Positions 20,693-30,540 of a DNA stretch of 64,000 bases are shown here, piece after piece. A program made the translations under genes and the position numbers. Each line of letters starts with the position of its first letter. The stretch's first letter is position 1. Source of the DNA: Myxococcales bacterium (lineage in GTDB: Bacteria; Myxococcota_A; Polyangia; Polyangiales; DASUME01); the NCBI GenBank assembly GCA_047601445.1, contig JASGJH010000001.1:5568001-5632000 (forward strand). The letters run 5' to 3'. Below the pieces are notes generated by a model. The model saw only the letters and a list, made by a program, of their open reading frames with translations. It was not told the origin of the DNA and did not search any database.

Positions 20693-20751
20693 GGCATTAC
20701 CTCGACGATGAACTGGCTGTGCTGGCGGGGAGTCCCGCTCGCTTGCGGGAC

Positions 20752-21690
20752 TCAGGGAAACTTGATGGCAGTAAGGTAGAGAGGCTTGTTGTTGTCGGTC
20801 TCGATCTGCGCACGCACGAACTCACCGCCGAAGGTCTTGTCTTCCTTCAGTGAGAACGTGCCGTCGCCGTGGTCCTGACGGCGATAGATGGTGAGCTCGT
20901 AGCTCACGGCCGCCTGACCGCAGATATCGAACAGGTTGGCGTAGAAGTACCAGGTACCGGCGGGCGGCTGGTCGTACCACACGAAGGATTCGCTACGGTT
21001 GCCCGGGTCGACGCAAGCGGGGCTCGAGTCGCCGAGCAGCTCGGCCAGCACCTTCTTGTCTTGGAGCAGGGCAGCGTTCTTGTAGTCGTAGCGCACGCTG
21101 GCCGGAGACAGCACGCTCAGATCGATGTCCGCGTCGAAGTTCCAGCGCAGCACGGCCACGGCTGCGGGCGGCTGCAAGGTGGGATTGCAGCCGTTGCCGT
21201 TGTCGAAGACGTCCGATTGAACGCAGATGGTCTGCTTGGTCTGCTTGCCGGGCTTGCCGTGCTTGTCGAAACCGACGGCGATCACGTCGTGCGAGCCCGG
21301 CTCGAGATCGAAACTCAGGCCGATGGCGGCGCCCCAATTGAACACCCCGGGCATGAAGAGGTCCTCCGCGCCCAGATTGACCTGCCAGTAGCCCGTCCCC
21401 TCGCCGGCAATCCGGAAGCCAGCCGCGCTCGTGGCGCCATTGGCCGTGCCGACCAGCGCGAGGTTGACGGCACCCTGCTTGGTCGTCCCCGTGATGGAGA
21501 ACGAGACCTCCGGTGTTCCGCTGACCGTTGCGTCATCGGACTGGGCGCCCGGCAGCTTGCCCTTCTTGAACACGGCCGGTGCCGTGGCGGTGATGGGCTC
21601 TTCGACCCCGAGAGGCTGCTCCACGCTCTCGCATGCGGAGAGGATCAGACCCAAGGCCAGCGTGAGCTTGAGTGTACGGAGGCTCGACAT
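20752..21690 (-). CDS. Lipoprotein with YfaP-like C-terminal domain
   Basis: LSAC lipobox; LRWNFDADIDLSV...ESFVW...PPAGTW pattern; start abuts the porin stop. Confidence 0.75.
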   Translation of the reverse strand: MSSLRTLKLTLALGLILSACESVEQPLGVEEPITATAPAVFKKGKLPGAQSDDATVSGTPEVSFSITGTTKQGAVNLALVGTANGATSAAGFRIAGEGTGYWQVNLGAEDLFMPGVFNWGAAIGLSFDLEPGSHDVIAVGFDKHGKPGKQTKQTICVQSDVFDNGNGCNPTLQPPAAVAVLRWNFDADIDLSVLSPASVRYDYKNAALLQDKKVLAELLGDSSPACVDPGNRSESFVWYDQPPAGTWYFYANLFDICGQAAVSYELTIYRRQDHGDGTFSLKEDKTFGGEFVRAQIETDNNKPLYLTAIKFP

Positions 21691-23330
21691 CAGAACCGCC
21701 CCTGTGCGCGCAAGGTCCAGGCGTTGTTCGCGAGATCGGTGGGCACGCCGCGCTTGTCGCGCGCGAGGTTGTCGTTCACGAAGTCATACTGGAAGGTGAG
21801 TCGGGCGACGCCCGGCCAGCGCACGCCGATGATCGGCGACAGCGTCTTGATGCTCAGGTCGTGGTTGTAGACGGTGCCCTTGCGGGAATCCGTGAAGTCC
21901 GAGTCGGGATCGTAGACGTCGTAGCGCGCCCCGATGAAGGCGTACTCCGTGATCTCCTGAATGCCCGCCACGTACCAGCTCAGCTCACGGATGTCGCGCT
22001 TGCTGAAGGTGGGATCCGCCACGTAGAGCGCGCGGTCGAGGTTGCTCGCGAGCAGCACTTCGCCGTACACGCGTGTGTTGCCGGCCTTGGTGTCGAAGTC
22101 CACCGACAGGTCGGCGCCCGCTGCCCAGCGATCGAACGTCGCCGAAGGCGTGCGACCGACGGCAGCGCTTTGCTCGACCTCGCTGAGCGTGAACTTGCCG
22201 TCGTGGTCGCTGTCGTTCCAGCCGAGGACGCTCTTGGTGGCATTGGTGCCCGGGTGGAAGCCGGTGCCTGAGAGGAAGGAGACGCCGCCCGCGATGTGCA
22301 GCTTGTCCATTGGCTTGGTGTCGATGCCGACGCGGCCGAGGTAGTCGGGCTTGCTGGTGGGGTCGATGCCGCTCGGGCCGCCCGCGCGATCGTCGAGCGG
22401 AACGCCGTTCATCACGGCGAACTGCGCACGGAACACGCTGTACGCGCCCTCTAGCTTGGCGCCGGTGTCGACCGGACCAGGGAACAACGCCAGCGAGCCC
22501 GTGCTGCGCTCGAGGAACAGAATGTCGTCCTGGCCCTGCTGCAGCTCGAGTCCGAGCGGGATCTCGGTGAGACCCACCGTGAGCAGGAGGAGCGGGAGAC
22601 CGTCCGGATCGGAGCCGGGCAGCACACCCGAGATCGAGGCACGTCGAACGCTCATGGTGGGACCGCGCGTGTTGCTGCCGTCGACCTCGAAGTCGGTGCG
22701 GAAGTACTTCCAGCGACCGTTGACCCGCAAGCGACCGCGACGCACCGCGAAGCGATTTTGGTTGAGCGGCGAGCCACCCTGCTGGAGCTCGTCCTGGGAC
22801 AGCTCGTTGCGCCCGTACTGCACCTGGATGTAGCCCGACAGATGCACGCCGTACTTGGCGATGCGCGAGAGGATGTCCTCCTTCTTGCGCGCTTCGTCCG
22901 CCTCGGACTGCTGCTTCGCTTCGACAGCGGCCTTGCTCTGCGCCTGCGCCTCGGCGTCGGCCTTGTTCTGCGCTTCTGCCGCCGCCTGGGCCTGCGCCTG
23001 AGCCTGTGAGTCCGCGAGGCGCTTCTCGAGCGCCTGGAGCTGATTTCTCAGCGCGGTCACGTCCGCTTGCGATGCGGCTTCGACGGGCGTCGCCGGCGCG
23101 GGCGCGGCCGCTGCAGCAGCGGGCGCTGCAGCGGGTGCCGCGGGCTTCGCAGGTGGAGCAGCCGGCGTGGCTTCGACGCTGATCTCGACGTCGTCATCTG
23201 CTGGAGCCTGCGCATGCGCGCGCAGCGAGCCGAATCCAACGCCGAATCCAACCAACGCCAAACCGATCGGGAAGACACTCAGACGGGGGAGAGAAAACAT
23301 GGAGACTCTGCGTTTCATCTTTGTACGCAC
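21690..23330 (-). CDS. Outer-membrane porin (OprO/OprP-like) with N-terminal coiled coil
   Basis: Signal peptide, Ala/Gln coiled coil, LSGYIQVQY...FAVRRGRLR, IPLGLEL...FLERS, C-terminal AQGRF. Start could be 23318 or 23300. Confidence 0.82.
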   Translation of the reverse strand: MRTKMKRRVSMFSLPRLSVFPIGLALVGFGVGFGSLRAHAQAPADDDVEISVEATPAAPPAKPAAPAAAPAAAAAAPAPATPVEAASQADVTALRNQLQALEKRLADSQAQAQAQAAAEAQNKADAEAQAQSKAAVEAKQQSEADEARKKEDILSRIAKYGVHLSGYIQVQYGRNELSQDELQQGGSPLNQNRFAVRRGRLRVNGRWKYFRTDFEVDGSNTRGPTMSVRRASISGVLPGSDPDGLPLLLLTVGLTEIPLGLELQQGQDDILFLERSTGSLALFPGPVDTGAKLEGAYSVFRAQFAVMNGVPLDDRAGGPSGIDPTSKPDYLGRVGIDTKPMDKLHIAGGVSFLSGTGFHPGTNATKSVLGWNDSDHDGKFTLSEVEQSAAVGRTPSATFDRWAAGADLSVDFDTKAGNTRVYGEVLLASNLDRALYVADPTFSKRDIRELSWYVAGIQEITEYAFIGARYDVYDPDSDFTDSRKGTVYNHDLSIKTLSPIIGVRWPGVARLTFQYDFVNDNLARDKRGVPTDLANNAWTLRAQGRF

Positions 23331-23401
23331 TTACCGAAGAAAGGTTGATTGAACTCGTAGACTGCTATGCGTTGTCTGCTCGAACTACGCAAGCCACGAC
23401 T

Positions 23402-23438
23402 CGATGAAATATCGAGGCGTGGCCCGGGAATATCGCGG
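23402..23438. promoter_or_regulatory. Two degenerate CCGTGA-N4-TCACGG sites, 21 bp apart, upstream of the porin gene
   Basis: CGATGAAATATCGAGG (23402-23417) and CCCGGGAATATCGCGG (23423-23438), each 12/16 to CCGTGAAATATCACGG. Confidence 0.55.
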
Positions 23439-23451
23439 CTATTGGCGGCTA

Positions 23452-23784
23452 TTACAGCGCCGGCAACGACCCCGCTGGCAAGCGTGAAGCGTTGTCGAAC
23501 TTCACGCGTTGGATAGAAGACTTGAGTCCGCACTCGTTGTTGAGGAAGCCCTCACTCGTGGTCGGAGTCTGACAACCTTTCACTCCGCCGTCTGTTCCAG
23601 CGTCAGACGTGCTGCCACCGTCCACACCAGCATCGTTGTTGGCATCGCCATCGCCATCTCCAGGAGGTGGCGGAGGCTCTTCGGTGTCGTCGTTCTTGTC
23701 GCCACCGCAAGCAGCCGGAGCCAGCGCGAGCGCAGACAACAGAAGGAGCTGCCAAAACCGCATCGTAAGAGTACGCATGATCAC
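23452..23784 (-). CDS. Small lipoprotein
   Basis: PAAC lipobox, acidic DAG linker, two Cys, C-terminal FDNASRLP; overlaps the upstream stop. Exact Met uncertain. Confidence 0.8.
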   Translation of the reverse strand: MIMRTLTMRFWQLLLLSALALAPAACGGDKNDDTEEPPPPPGDGDGDANNDAGVDGGSTSDAGTDGGVKGCQTPTTSEGFLNNECGLKSSIQRVKFDNASRLPAGSLPAL

Positions 23785-25190
23785 TTCACCTCGCAGAAGC
23801 CGTAGCGGCAGTAGGGAGCCGTGGCCGGGCAGGTCGCATCGGCCGCCTCACCAGGAAGTTCATCGCCAGCCTGGTTCACGCAGGCTTGGCAGGAGTCGGA
23901 GTGCACACCGTTCTGCTTGTGATCCTCGAAGTAGCAGCCGCAGGAGACCTCGGGCTGGTAGCTCGCGAGCGGACCCACGTCACCGTCGCGCGTGACCTGC
24001 ATCGCGCAATCGGGGATGTTGCCGACGTCGATCTGAACGTCGAGGAAAGACTGGTTGTCGGGCAACTTGGTCTTGCCCGTGATGTACTCGACCCAACGCT
24101 TGGTGTTGGCGTCGACGATCTGACCGCTGGGACCGTCCAACTTCGCGTAGAAGTGGTGCGGGTTCCACAGGAAGTAGCGGCCCTGCCGCACGTTGATCTT
24201 GTCGAAGGAGGTGGTCGCGTCGGAGTCGGGCCAGTAAGCCCAGTTCTGACCCTTGGCCTGGAAGGCGAGACCCCTGACGTTTTCGCGCGCGATGTCGATG
24301 GTCTCCGTGCTCGCGAAGCCGAGCGAGTTCTCGGCGTTGCCGGCGCCCCCGGTGGCGGTCACGAACTTCACCATGTTGCCGTTGGTGGCGACGTCGTTGG
24401 GCCCCTTGGAGCCGTCGGCGGCGTAGGTGGGGTTCGGCGTACCGGTGCTGCCGTAGAGGGGATGCGTCAGCGGGATGCCCACGGCCTTGGCCAGGAGCAA
24501 GCCAGCCGCCGACGTGGTGCCGCGGCTACCGATGGCCGTGCCCACGGTCCACGGGGCGACCTGATAGGTCTCGGGGCCGAAGCCGTAGATGTAATAGGCT
24601 GCCTCGGCGCTGATCGCCTGCTGGGTCGAGTCCTTGTGGACGAACAGACTGAAGGCGCTGATCGGGCCAACGGTGTCGCTGATATCAGCCGGCAGTCCTG
24701 CCGCGTAGCCGTTGCAGGTGGTGGCCAGCTGGGCCATCGAGCCCCAGGTGGCGTACACGGGTGCGGCGTTCGCATCGAGCGTGCACTCCTGGCGCTTCAC
24801 GGAGCCGTCAGCTGCGTGGTACCAGTACTGAAGGCTGCCCGTGCTGAGCTTGGTGTGGGTCGCCGAGTCGAGCGAGTCGAGCGCCTTGCACGCGCCGTCC
24901 GACTTGTAGAAGACAATGAGCGGCTCGGAGCTCTTAAGAAGGTCGGCGGCCAAGCGGCCCACGAGCACGTTCGGCGCGCTGCCGCCACGACCCCAGATGC
25001 GGGGAGCGCTGGCAGCAATCTCGTCGGGAATGCCTGGGAGCGTTGCGGCTTGGCAATCGGGGGGGGGTGGAGTCTGCGCCTCAGCGGCGTCAGCCACCAA
25101 TAGGCCAGCACCCGTTAGAGCGCCGCCCAAAACCAGTGAGCGCCAGTCACGGCCCTCGCTGAACCTCAAGAATGAAAAGGACACGGTCAC
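23781..25190 (-). CDS. Secreted PstS-like / periplasmic-binding-fold protein with Cys-rich ends
   Basis: AGGAGG 8 nt before GTG 25190; signal peptide ending AEA-Q; IWGRGGSA, YKSDGAC, SRGTTSA and NVRQGRYFLW echo PstS-family motifs (GST, GSG, RxxxSG, G.YP); C-terminal CRYGFCE. The fold call is tentative. Confidence 0.65.
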   Translation of the reverse strand: MTVSFSFLRFSEGRDWRSLVLGGALTGAGLLVADAAEAQTPPPPDCQAATLPGIPDEIAASAPRIWGRGGSAPNVLVGRLAADLLKSSEPLIVFYKSDGACKALDSLDSATHTKLSTGSLQYWYHAADGSVKRQECTLDANAAPVYATWGSMAQLATTCNGYAAGLPADISDTVGPISAFSLFVHKDSTQQAISAEAAYYIYGFGPETYQVAPWTVGTAIGSRGTTSAAGLLLAKAVGIPLTHPLYGSTGTPNPTYAADGSKGPNDVATNGNMVKFVTATGGAGNAENSLGFASTETIDIARENVRGLAFQAKGQNWAYWPDSDATTSFDKINVRQGRYFLWNPHHFYAKLDGPSGQIVDANTKRWVEYITGKTKLPDNQSFLDVQIDVGNIPDCAMQVTRDGDVGPLASYQPEVSCGCYFEDHKQNGVHSDSCQACVNQAGDELPGEAADATCPATAPYCRYGFCEVK

Positions 25191-25252
25191 GAACACGACC
25201 TCCTGAATGTCGCCAGCCACCGCTCGAAAACGGTTCGCTGGCGAGCGCTCTT

Positions 25253-25268
25253 AGCGAGGTCCGTGCCA
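25253..25268 (-). promoter_or_regulatory. Sigma54 -24/-12 promoter for the PstS-like/porin/TonB operon
   Basis: Minus strand reads TGGCACGGACCTCGCT (GG-N10-GC with full TGGCAC), about 60 bp before the start codon. Confidence 0.75.
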
Positions 25269-25290
25269 TCGCGTAAACCGTCTGTATTTG

Positions 25291-25430
25291 CTGTGAAATC
25301 TTCCGTAACAAAGCGCGGGCCGTGATTTCTCCTGGGTACACCCCGTGAGGAGCCCGGATATTTGCAAGGTGGTCCGCTCCATTCATGGGTCGGCTTCTTC
25401 GCCGCGAGCCGTTCCCGTGATATTCCACGG
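25291..25430. promoter_or_regulatory. Cluster of CCGTGA-N4-TCACGG palindromic operator/UAS sites
   Basis: CCGTGATATTCCACGG (25415-25430, 15/16), CCGTGATTTCTCCTGG (25320-25335, 12/16), CTGTGAAATCTTCCGT (25291-25306, 11/16). Confidence 0.75.
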
Positions 25431-25436
25431 CGCTCG

Positions 25437-27269
25437 ATGTCGAAGTCCCCGTCGCCCCCTTCAGAAACGGCCTCCTTGATCCCGTCGCCGCTCGGCGAGG
25501 AGCGGACGCGTGGACGTGCTCAGGAGCCCCGGATCGAGCGGCTACTCCCGTTCGTGGGGACAGTCCGGAGCTACGCCGGCGAAAAGGCGAGACGCGATCT
25601 GATCGCGGGCCTCACGGTGGCTCTATTCGCCGTGCCTCAGGCCATGGCGTACGCGCTGATTGCCGGCTTTCCTCCGGCCTCTGGCATCGCCACCGCGGTG
25701 GCGGCCTCCATCCTCGGCGCGGCCTTCGGCAGCTCCGAGTTCCTGATCAACGGACCCACCAACGCCATCTCCGTGATGCTGGCCGCCAACGCGGCTCTGT
25801 TCGCCGCCCAGGGCGACGCCATCCGCGCCGTCGTATTGCTGACCTTCTTGATCGGAGCAGTGCAGCTCGGCGCTGGCCTCTTGAGGATCGGGACGTTCAC
25901 TCGCTTCGTGAGCGAGCCCGTACTCACCGGGTTCACCGCCGGCGCCGGCGTGTACATCGTGATCAACCAGCTGCCGGCCTTCTTGGGCATCAGCAAGTCC
26001 GCGATCGTCCGGGATCTGTGGGGCTTGACCCCACCCCACAGCGCGTTCTTCGACCTGCTGCTCCTCGGACGCTCCCTGAACAAAGTGCACTACGCCACGA
26101 CCGCGCTGGCCTTGTTGACGTTCGCCACCGTGCGCCTGCTGCAGTACTTCGAGCCGCGCATCGGACGTCGCTTGCCGGGGCCTTTCGTGGCCGTGGTGCT
26201 GACCACGCTGATCGTGTGGCTGCTCGGTCTCGACCATGACGGCGGCTTCGACCGTGTGAAGGTCGTGCGCGACATCGAGCCCCTCACGCGCCACGTGCCG
26301 ACGCTGGTCTGGCCGAAAATCGACTTCCCGACCGTGCGTTCCCTGGTGGGACCCGCCCTGGCGATCGGCCTGATGGGCTCCGTGGAGGCGATCGCCATCG
26401 GCAAGACTCTGGCCAACCGAGCGGGCCATCCCTTCGACGCGAGCAGACAGCTGCTGGGTGAGGCCTTCTGCAACCTCGGCGCGGCCTTCGTGGGAGGCTT
26501 TGCGTCCTCTGGCTCGTTCAGTCGTACCGCGGTGAACTACGAGGCGGGCGCCATGACCCGCGTCTCGTGCATTTTCTCGGGCGTCCTGGTGTTGGTGCTG
26601 GTGATCTTGTTCGCGCCGCAGGCCAACGTGATCCCGATCGCTGCCCTCGCGGGTACCCTGGTCCACATCGGCCTCAAGCTGGTGGACGTGGTTCGGCTCA
26701 AGCTCGTGTTCGGGACCACCGAGGGTGACCGCGTGGTGCTGCTCACCACGTTCCTGGGTGTGCTGTTTGCGGAGCACCTCGAGAACGCCCTGTTCGTGGG
26801 CATCGCGGTCTCCATTTACTACGCTCTGCGGCGCGCCGAGGGCTTCAAGCTGCGCGTGTTGCGGGAGGGCTCCGACGGCAGCCTGAGTGAGTTCGCGGAG
26901 GCGGACGCCGAAGAGCGCGTGATCGCCGTGCTCAACCTGCAGGGCGAGCTCTTCTTCGCGGCGGCCGAGGAGCTGCAGAACGAGCTCTTGCGCATGCTCG
27001 AGACGGGTCCGCGCGTGATCGTGCTGCGCATGCAGGAGGCTTACAACCTCGATGCCACCACGGCCCACGCCCTCGCCCTGGTGGCCGATCGGGCGCGCAA
27101 GCAGGGCGGTCGACTGATCCTGTGCGGCCTACGTCCGGGCATGTACGGCACCTTCGAACGCGCGGGCCTCGTCCCCGTCATCGGCGACGACGCCCTGTTC
27201 AAGGCCGAGCGCGAAATCCTCGCCTCCACCCGCCACGCCATGGAATATGCCCACAAGCTCGCACGCTAG
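25437..27269 (+). CDS. sulP: SulP family inorganic anion (sulfate) transporter with STAS domain
   Basis: DLIAGLTVALFAVPQAMAYA, INGPTNAIS, GSFSRTAVN; C-terminal GELFFAAA...LDAT STAS. Confidence 0.95.
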   Translation: MSKSPSPPSETASLIPSPLGEERTRGRAQEPRIERLLPFVGTVRSYAGEKARRDLIAGLTVALFAVPQAMAYALIAGFPPASGIATAVAASILGAAFGSSEFLINGPTNAISVMLAANAALFAAQGDAIRAVVLLTFLIGAVQLGAGLLRIGTFTRFVSEPVLTGFTAGAGVYIVINQLPAFLGISKSAIVRDLWGLTPPHSAFFDLLLLGRSLNKVHYATTALALLTFATVRLLQYFEPRIGRRLPGPFVAVVLTTLIVWLLGLDHDGGFDRVKVVRDIEPLTRHVPTLVWPKIDFPTVRSLVGPALAIGLMGSVEAIAIGKTLANRAGHPFDASRQLLGEAFCNLGAAFVGGFASSGSFSRTAVNYEAGAMTRVSCIFSGVLVLVLVILFAPQANVIPIAALAGTLVHIGLKLVDVVRLKLVFGTTEGDRVVLLTTFLGVLFAEHLENALFVGIAVSIYYALRRAEGFKLRVLREGSDGSLSEFAEADAEERVIAVLNLQGELFFAAAEELQNELLRMLETGPRVIVLRMQEAYNLDATTAHALALVADRARKQGGRLILCGLRPGMYGTFERAGLVPVIGDDALFKAEREILASTRHAMEYAHKLAR

Positions 27270-27274
27270 GCCCC

Positions 27275-28891
27275 TCACGCCTGCATGCGGCCGCGGAAGC
27301 GGTTCCACTCCACGCCCAGCTTCTTCATGCGGGAGCGCAGGGTGTGCGGGTTGATGTCGAGCAGGTCCGCCGCCCCGCCCTTGCCTTCGATGCGACCCTG
27401 GGTTTGTTCCAGAGCGCGCTCGATGTGCTTGGCCATGGCCTGATCCAGGGTGTCGAAGGCCTCGTTCACTGCCGAGGCAACCGGCACGTTCGCGACGAGT
27501 CCATTGCTCAAGCTGTGGATCGGAATGGCCGGCGCCAGTGCCACCGGCGAGGGGGGCGGCGTGCTCTGGCGCGGTGAGCCTCGCAAGCCGAGGGCCGCAG
27601 CCACGTTGAGCTTCTTGCCGCCACCGAGGATCGCCGCGCGCTCGATCACCGTGATGAACTCGCGCACGTTCCCGGGCCAGTCGTAGCCTATCAAGAGTTC
27701 CACATCGGCTTCGGTCGGCGCCAGTGGGGCGCCCCCCAGGCGCTTACCCGCCCGCCATGCGAAGTGCGCAGCCAGCGCGGGAATGTCGTTCAAGCGCTCC
27801 CGCAAGGGCGGCAGCACGATGGGAAACACACTCAAGCGATACCAGAGGTCCTCGCGGAACGTCCCCGCCGGGATCATGTCCTCCAGATTCCTGTGTGTGG
27901 CTGCCACCACGCGCACGTCCACGTGGATGGAGCGTGTGCCGCCCACGCGCTCGAACATGCGCTCCTGCAGCACGCGCAACAGACGCACCTGCGCATCGAG
28001 CGGCAGCTCACCCACCTCGTCGAGGAACAGCGTGCCGCCGTCGGCGCGCTCGAACCATCCCTTGCGCGTGCCTGAAGCACCCGTGAAGCTGCCGCGTTCG
28101 TGCCCGAACAGCTCCGAGTCCACGAGGCCCGGCGGAATCGCGCCGCAGTTCACGCACACGATGGGGCCCTTCGCACGCTCCGAGCGAGCATGGATGGCGC
28201 GGGCGACGACCTCTTTGCCAGTTCCGGTCTCCCCGAGCACCAACACGGGCACATCGGTGATGGCCACCTGCGCGATGCGCTCCGTAACCTCGCGCAGACC
28301 GCTGTCGCCGCCGACGATGGTCTCCACGATGTCCTGGCGCTCCAGGCGCGAACGCAGCGCCCGGTTGTCGGCCTCCACAGCCTCTCGCAGGCGAGCGAGC
28401 TCGTGGAAACGCCGATCGTTCTCGAGCGCCAAGCGGAAAGGCTCGAGCAGGCCCTGGGCCTTGCGCACGTGCACATCGTTGAAGCGCTCGTCCGCCACCA
28501 ACACCAGCACGCCCTGCGGGCCTTCTTCGTCGTTGAGGGGACCCACGATCAGATCGCCTCGCAGACCATTGGGCACGAGCGACGTCAGCAACGCGCTCGA
28601 GTGCGCCTGTCCGTGCAACGCACGGCCCTCGCGGCAGAAGGCGAGCACCGCCTCGAGCTGCGCATCGCTGTAGTCGTTGTGAGGGTGTTGCGGGAGCACC
28701 CGGGGATCACGAGCCTCCTCGGCCACGGTCTCCAGCTGCCGCCGACCCACGTCGAAGCGACGCACCAACACCGCGCCCAGCGGCAGCTCCTGTCGCAGGT
28801 GAGGAACCAGCTTCAGAAGGGCGCCGCCGATCTCGGGATGCCGGCAGATTTCACGCCATAGAGGTAAGGGAATGTCCACGCCATCCAGCAT
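27275..28891 (-). CDS. Sigma54-dependent enhancer-binding protein (FhlA-like: GAF-like sensor, AAA+, Fis HTH)
   Basis: [69 protein letters not shown]; no receiver domain. Confidence 0.95.
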   Translation of the reverse strand: MLDGVDIPLPLWREICRHPEIGGALLKLVPHLRQELPLGAVLVRRFDVGRRQLETVAEEARDPRVLPQHPHNDYSDAQLEAVLAFCREGRALHGQAHSSALLTSLVPNGLRGDLIVGPLNDEEGPQGVLVLVADERFNDVHVRKAQGLLEPFRLALENDRRFHELARLREAVEADNRALRSRLERQDIVETIVGGDSGLREVTERIAQVAITDVPVLVLGETGTGKEVVARAIHARSERAKGPIVCVNCGAIPPGLVDSELFGHERGSFTGASGTRKGWFERADGGTLFLDEVGELPLDAQVRLLRVLQERMFERVGGTRSIHVDVRVVAATHRNLEDMIPAGTFREDLWYRLSVFPIVLPPLRERLNDIPALAAHFAWRAGKRLGGAPLAPTEADVELLIGYDWPGNVREFITVIERAAILGGGKKLNVAAALGLRGSPRQSTPPPSPVALAPAIPIHSLSNGLVANVPVASAVNEAFDTLDQAMAKHIERALEQTQGRIEGKGGAADLLDINPHTLRSRMKKLGVEWNRFRGRMQA

Positions 28892-28903
28892 ATGTCACAG
28901 CTT

Positions 28904-29050
28904 CCGTGATATTTCACCGTGATATTTCCTGGAAGAGCCATGAAATACCACTAGGCGGCGCAGGGCAGCAGAAAGCGTGCCGTGTGGATTACCCAGCAAA
29001 AGCCATGGGACCATTGAGATTTCACGGCCAATACCCATGAGCTTTCACGG
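28904..29050. promoter_or_regulatory. Five CCGTGA-N4-TCACGG sites between the activator gene and the sulfate operon
   Basis: 28904-28919 CCGTGATATTTCACCG, 28917-28932 CCGTGATATTTCCTGG, 28938-28953 CCATGAAATACCACTA, 29012-29027 CATTGAGATTTCACGG, 29035-29050 CCATGAGCTTTCACGG. Confidence 0.85.
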
Positions 29051-29051
29051 C

Positions 29052-29067
29052 TGGCTCGGTCTGTGCT
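29052..29067 (+). promoter_or_regulatory. Sigma54 -24/-12 promoter for porin-sbp-cysTWA
   Basis: TGGCTCGGTCTGTGCT, GG-N10-GC spacing, just upstream of the operon. Confidence 0.7.
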
Positions 29068-29095
29068 TTAGCGCGCACTCGTGAATACTTTCCCG

Positions 29096-30514
29096 ATGTT
29101 CTTTAGTAAATCACTCAAGTTCAGCTCTGTCCTCTCCTTTGCTTTCTTGTGTTTGGCCGCCCCCCTTCACGCCGAGGCCCAGGCCGCCCCGGCTAGCGCC
29201 GCGCCCGCACCTGAGGTGACCGAGGCCGCCCCTGCGCCCGTAGCGGCCCCTGCTCCGGGAGAGCCCGCCCTGCTCGCGGCTCCCGCTGCGCCCGCGGCTG
29301 CCCCCGAGAGCGCTCCTTCTAAGGATGCGCTCCTGGAGAAGGCCAAGTTGGAAGGCCCCACGGTGGTGGTGCAGCCCGGCCGAGGGCTCACGGTTACGAG
29401 CCTCGACGGCAAGAACTCGATCCAGATCCGCTCGCGCGTCCAGATCCGCGAGACCTATACCCACGACGAGCACGCGGATCCTCAGTACCAAAACACCAGC
29501 GAGCTGCAGATCCGCACGCTGCGCCTGTTCGTCACGGGTAGCGTCCTCGACAAGGACCTCAAGTACTTCATCCAGCTGGCCTTCGGTGCGAACGACTACG
29601 AGACGGGCTCGGCTTCCCCGATCTTCGACGCCTTCGTCGAGTACACGAAGCTGCGCGACGCCAACATCCGCCTCGGTCAATACTTCGTGCCCTTCGACCG
29701 CGCGCGGACCATCCGCGAGTTCGCGCTGCACTTCGTGGACCGCCAGCAGGTCGTACGCGAGCTCAACCTGGATCGCGATGTGGGCCTGATGTTCTCGTCG
29801 ATCGATCTCTTCGGCTGGGGCTCCCGCCTCGGTTACCACGTGTTCGTGGGCAGCGGCGACGGTCGCAACCGTGTGCTCGACAACAAGAACCCCTTCGGGT
29901 CGCAGCGCGCCAGCGTGCTCTCGGTGGGTCGCCTCATCTTCAAGCCCTTCGGGAACTTCGACGACTACGACCAGGAGGGCGACCTCTCGCGCAGCCCGAA
30001 GCTCAGGCTCGCGATTGCCGGAGCCGTTGGTTACAACTATCACACCGACCGCAGCAACAGCACCTTCGGCACCATCTACACCGCCGGCACGTTCAACTAC
30101 ACGCACACCGCTGCGGACATGGTGCTCAAGTGGAACGGCTTCTCGCTGATGACCGAGTACCTGCGGCGCGAGGCCAACAGGAACAAGGACACCCGCTTCG
30201 TCGATGGCAAGGAGACCACCCAGTACTCGCGCTCTGGCTGGGGCTACTTCGTGCAGGCCGGACAGATGCTCACGGACCGCCTGGAGGTGACCGCACGCTG
30301 GGACGACCTCTATGCCGACGTTGGCACGGATCCTGAAATGCGGCGCCTGGCTCGGCAGTTCGGCCGGCAGGTCGGCGGCGGCCTGAACTACTACATCAAC
30401 GGGCACTTCTTCAAGCTGCAGGCCGACTACTTCTGCATCCTCAGCCGGGCCGCTCCCGACAACGACCTCGAGCCGCGCCACGTCGTCCGCGCGCAGCTCG
30501 ACGCAATGTTCTGA
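29096..30514 (+). CDS. OprO/OprP family anion-selective porin, first gene of the sulfate operon
   Basis: Signal peptide; [35 protein letters not shown], terminal F. Alternative GTG start 29081. Confidence 0.9.
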   Translation: MFFSKSLKFSSVLSFAFLCLAAPLHAEAQAAPASAAPAPEVTEAAPAPVAAPAPGEPALLAAPAAPAAAPESAPSKDALLEKAKLEGPTVVVQPGRGLTVTSLDGKNSIQIRSRVQIRETYTHDEHADPQYQNTSELQIRTLRLFVTGSVLDKDLKYFIQLAFGANDYETGSASPIFDAFVEYTKLRDANIRLGQYFVPFDRARTIREFALHFVDRQQVVRELNLDRDVGLMFSSIDLFGWGSRLGYHVFVGSGDGRNRVLDNKNPFGSQRASVLSVGRLIFKPFGNFDDYDQEGDLSRSPKLRLAIAGAVGYNYHTDRSNSTFGTIYTAGTFNYTHTAADMVLKWNGFSLMTEYLRREANRNKDTRFVDGKETTQYSRSGWGYFVQAGQMLTDRLEVTARWDDLYADVGTDPEMRRLARQFGRQVGGGLNYYINGHFFKLQADYFCILSRAAPDNDLEPRHVVRAQLDAMF

Positions 30515-30540
30515 ACCCTCTCACGGAAAAGAATCGGATC

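Noticed and set aside
23331..23401. Internal sigma54 promoter before the operon porin
   Set aside because: TGGCTT is present on the minus strand, but there is no GC at the -12 position.
25191..25436. Pho box for the PstS-like/porin operon
   Set aside because: No 11-bp-period CTGTCAT direct repeats seen; the region carries the sigma54 promoter and the palindrome instead.
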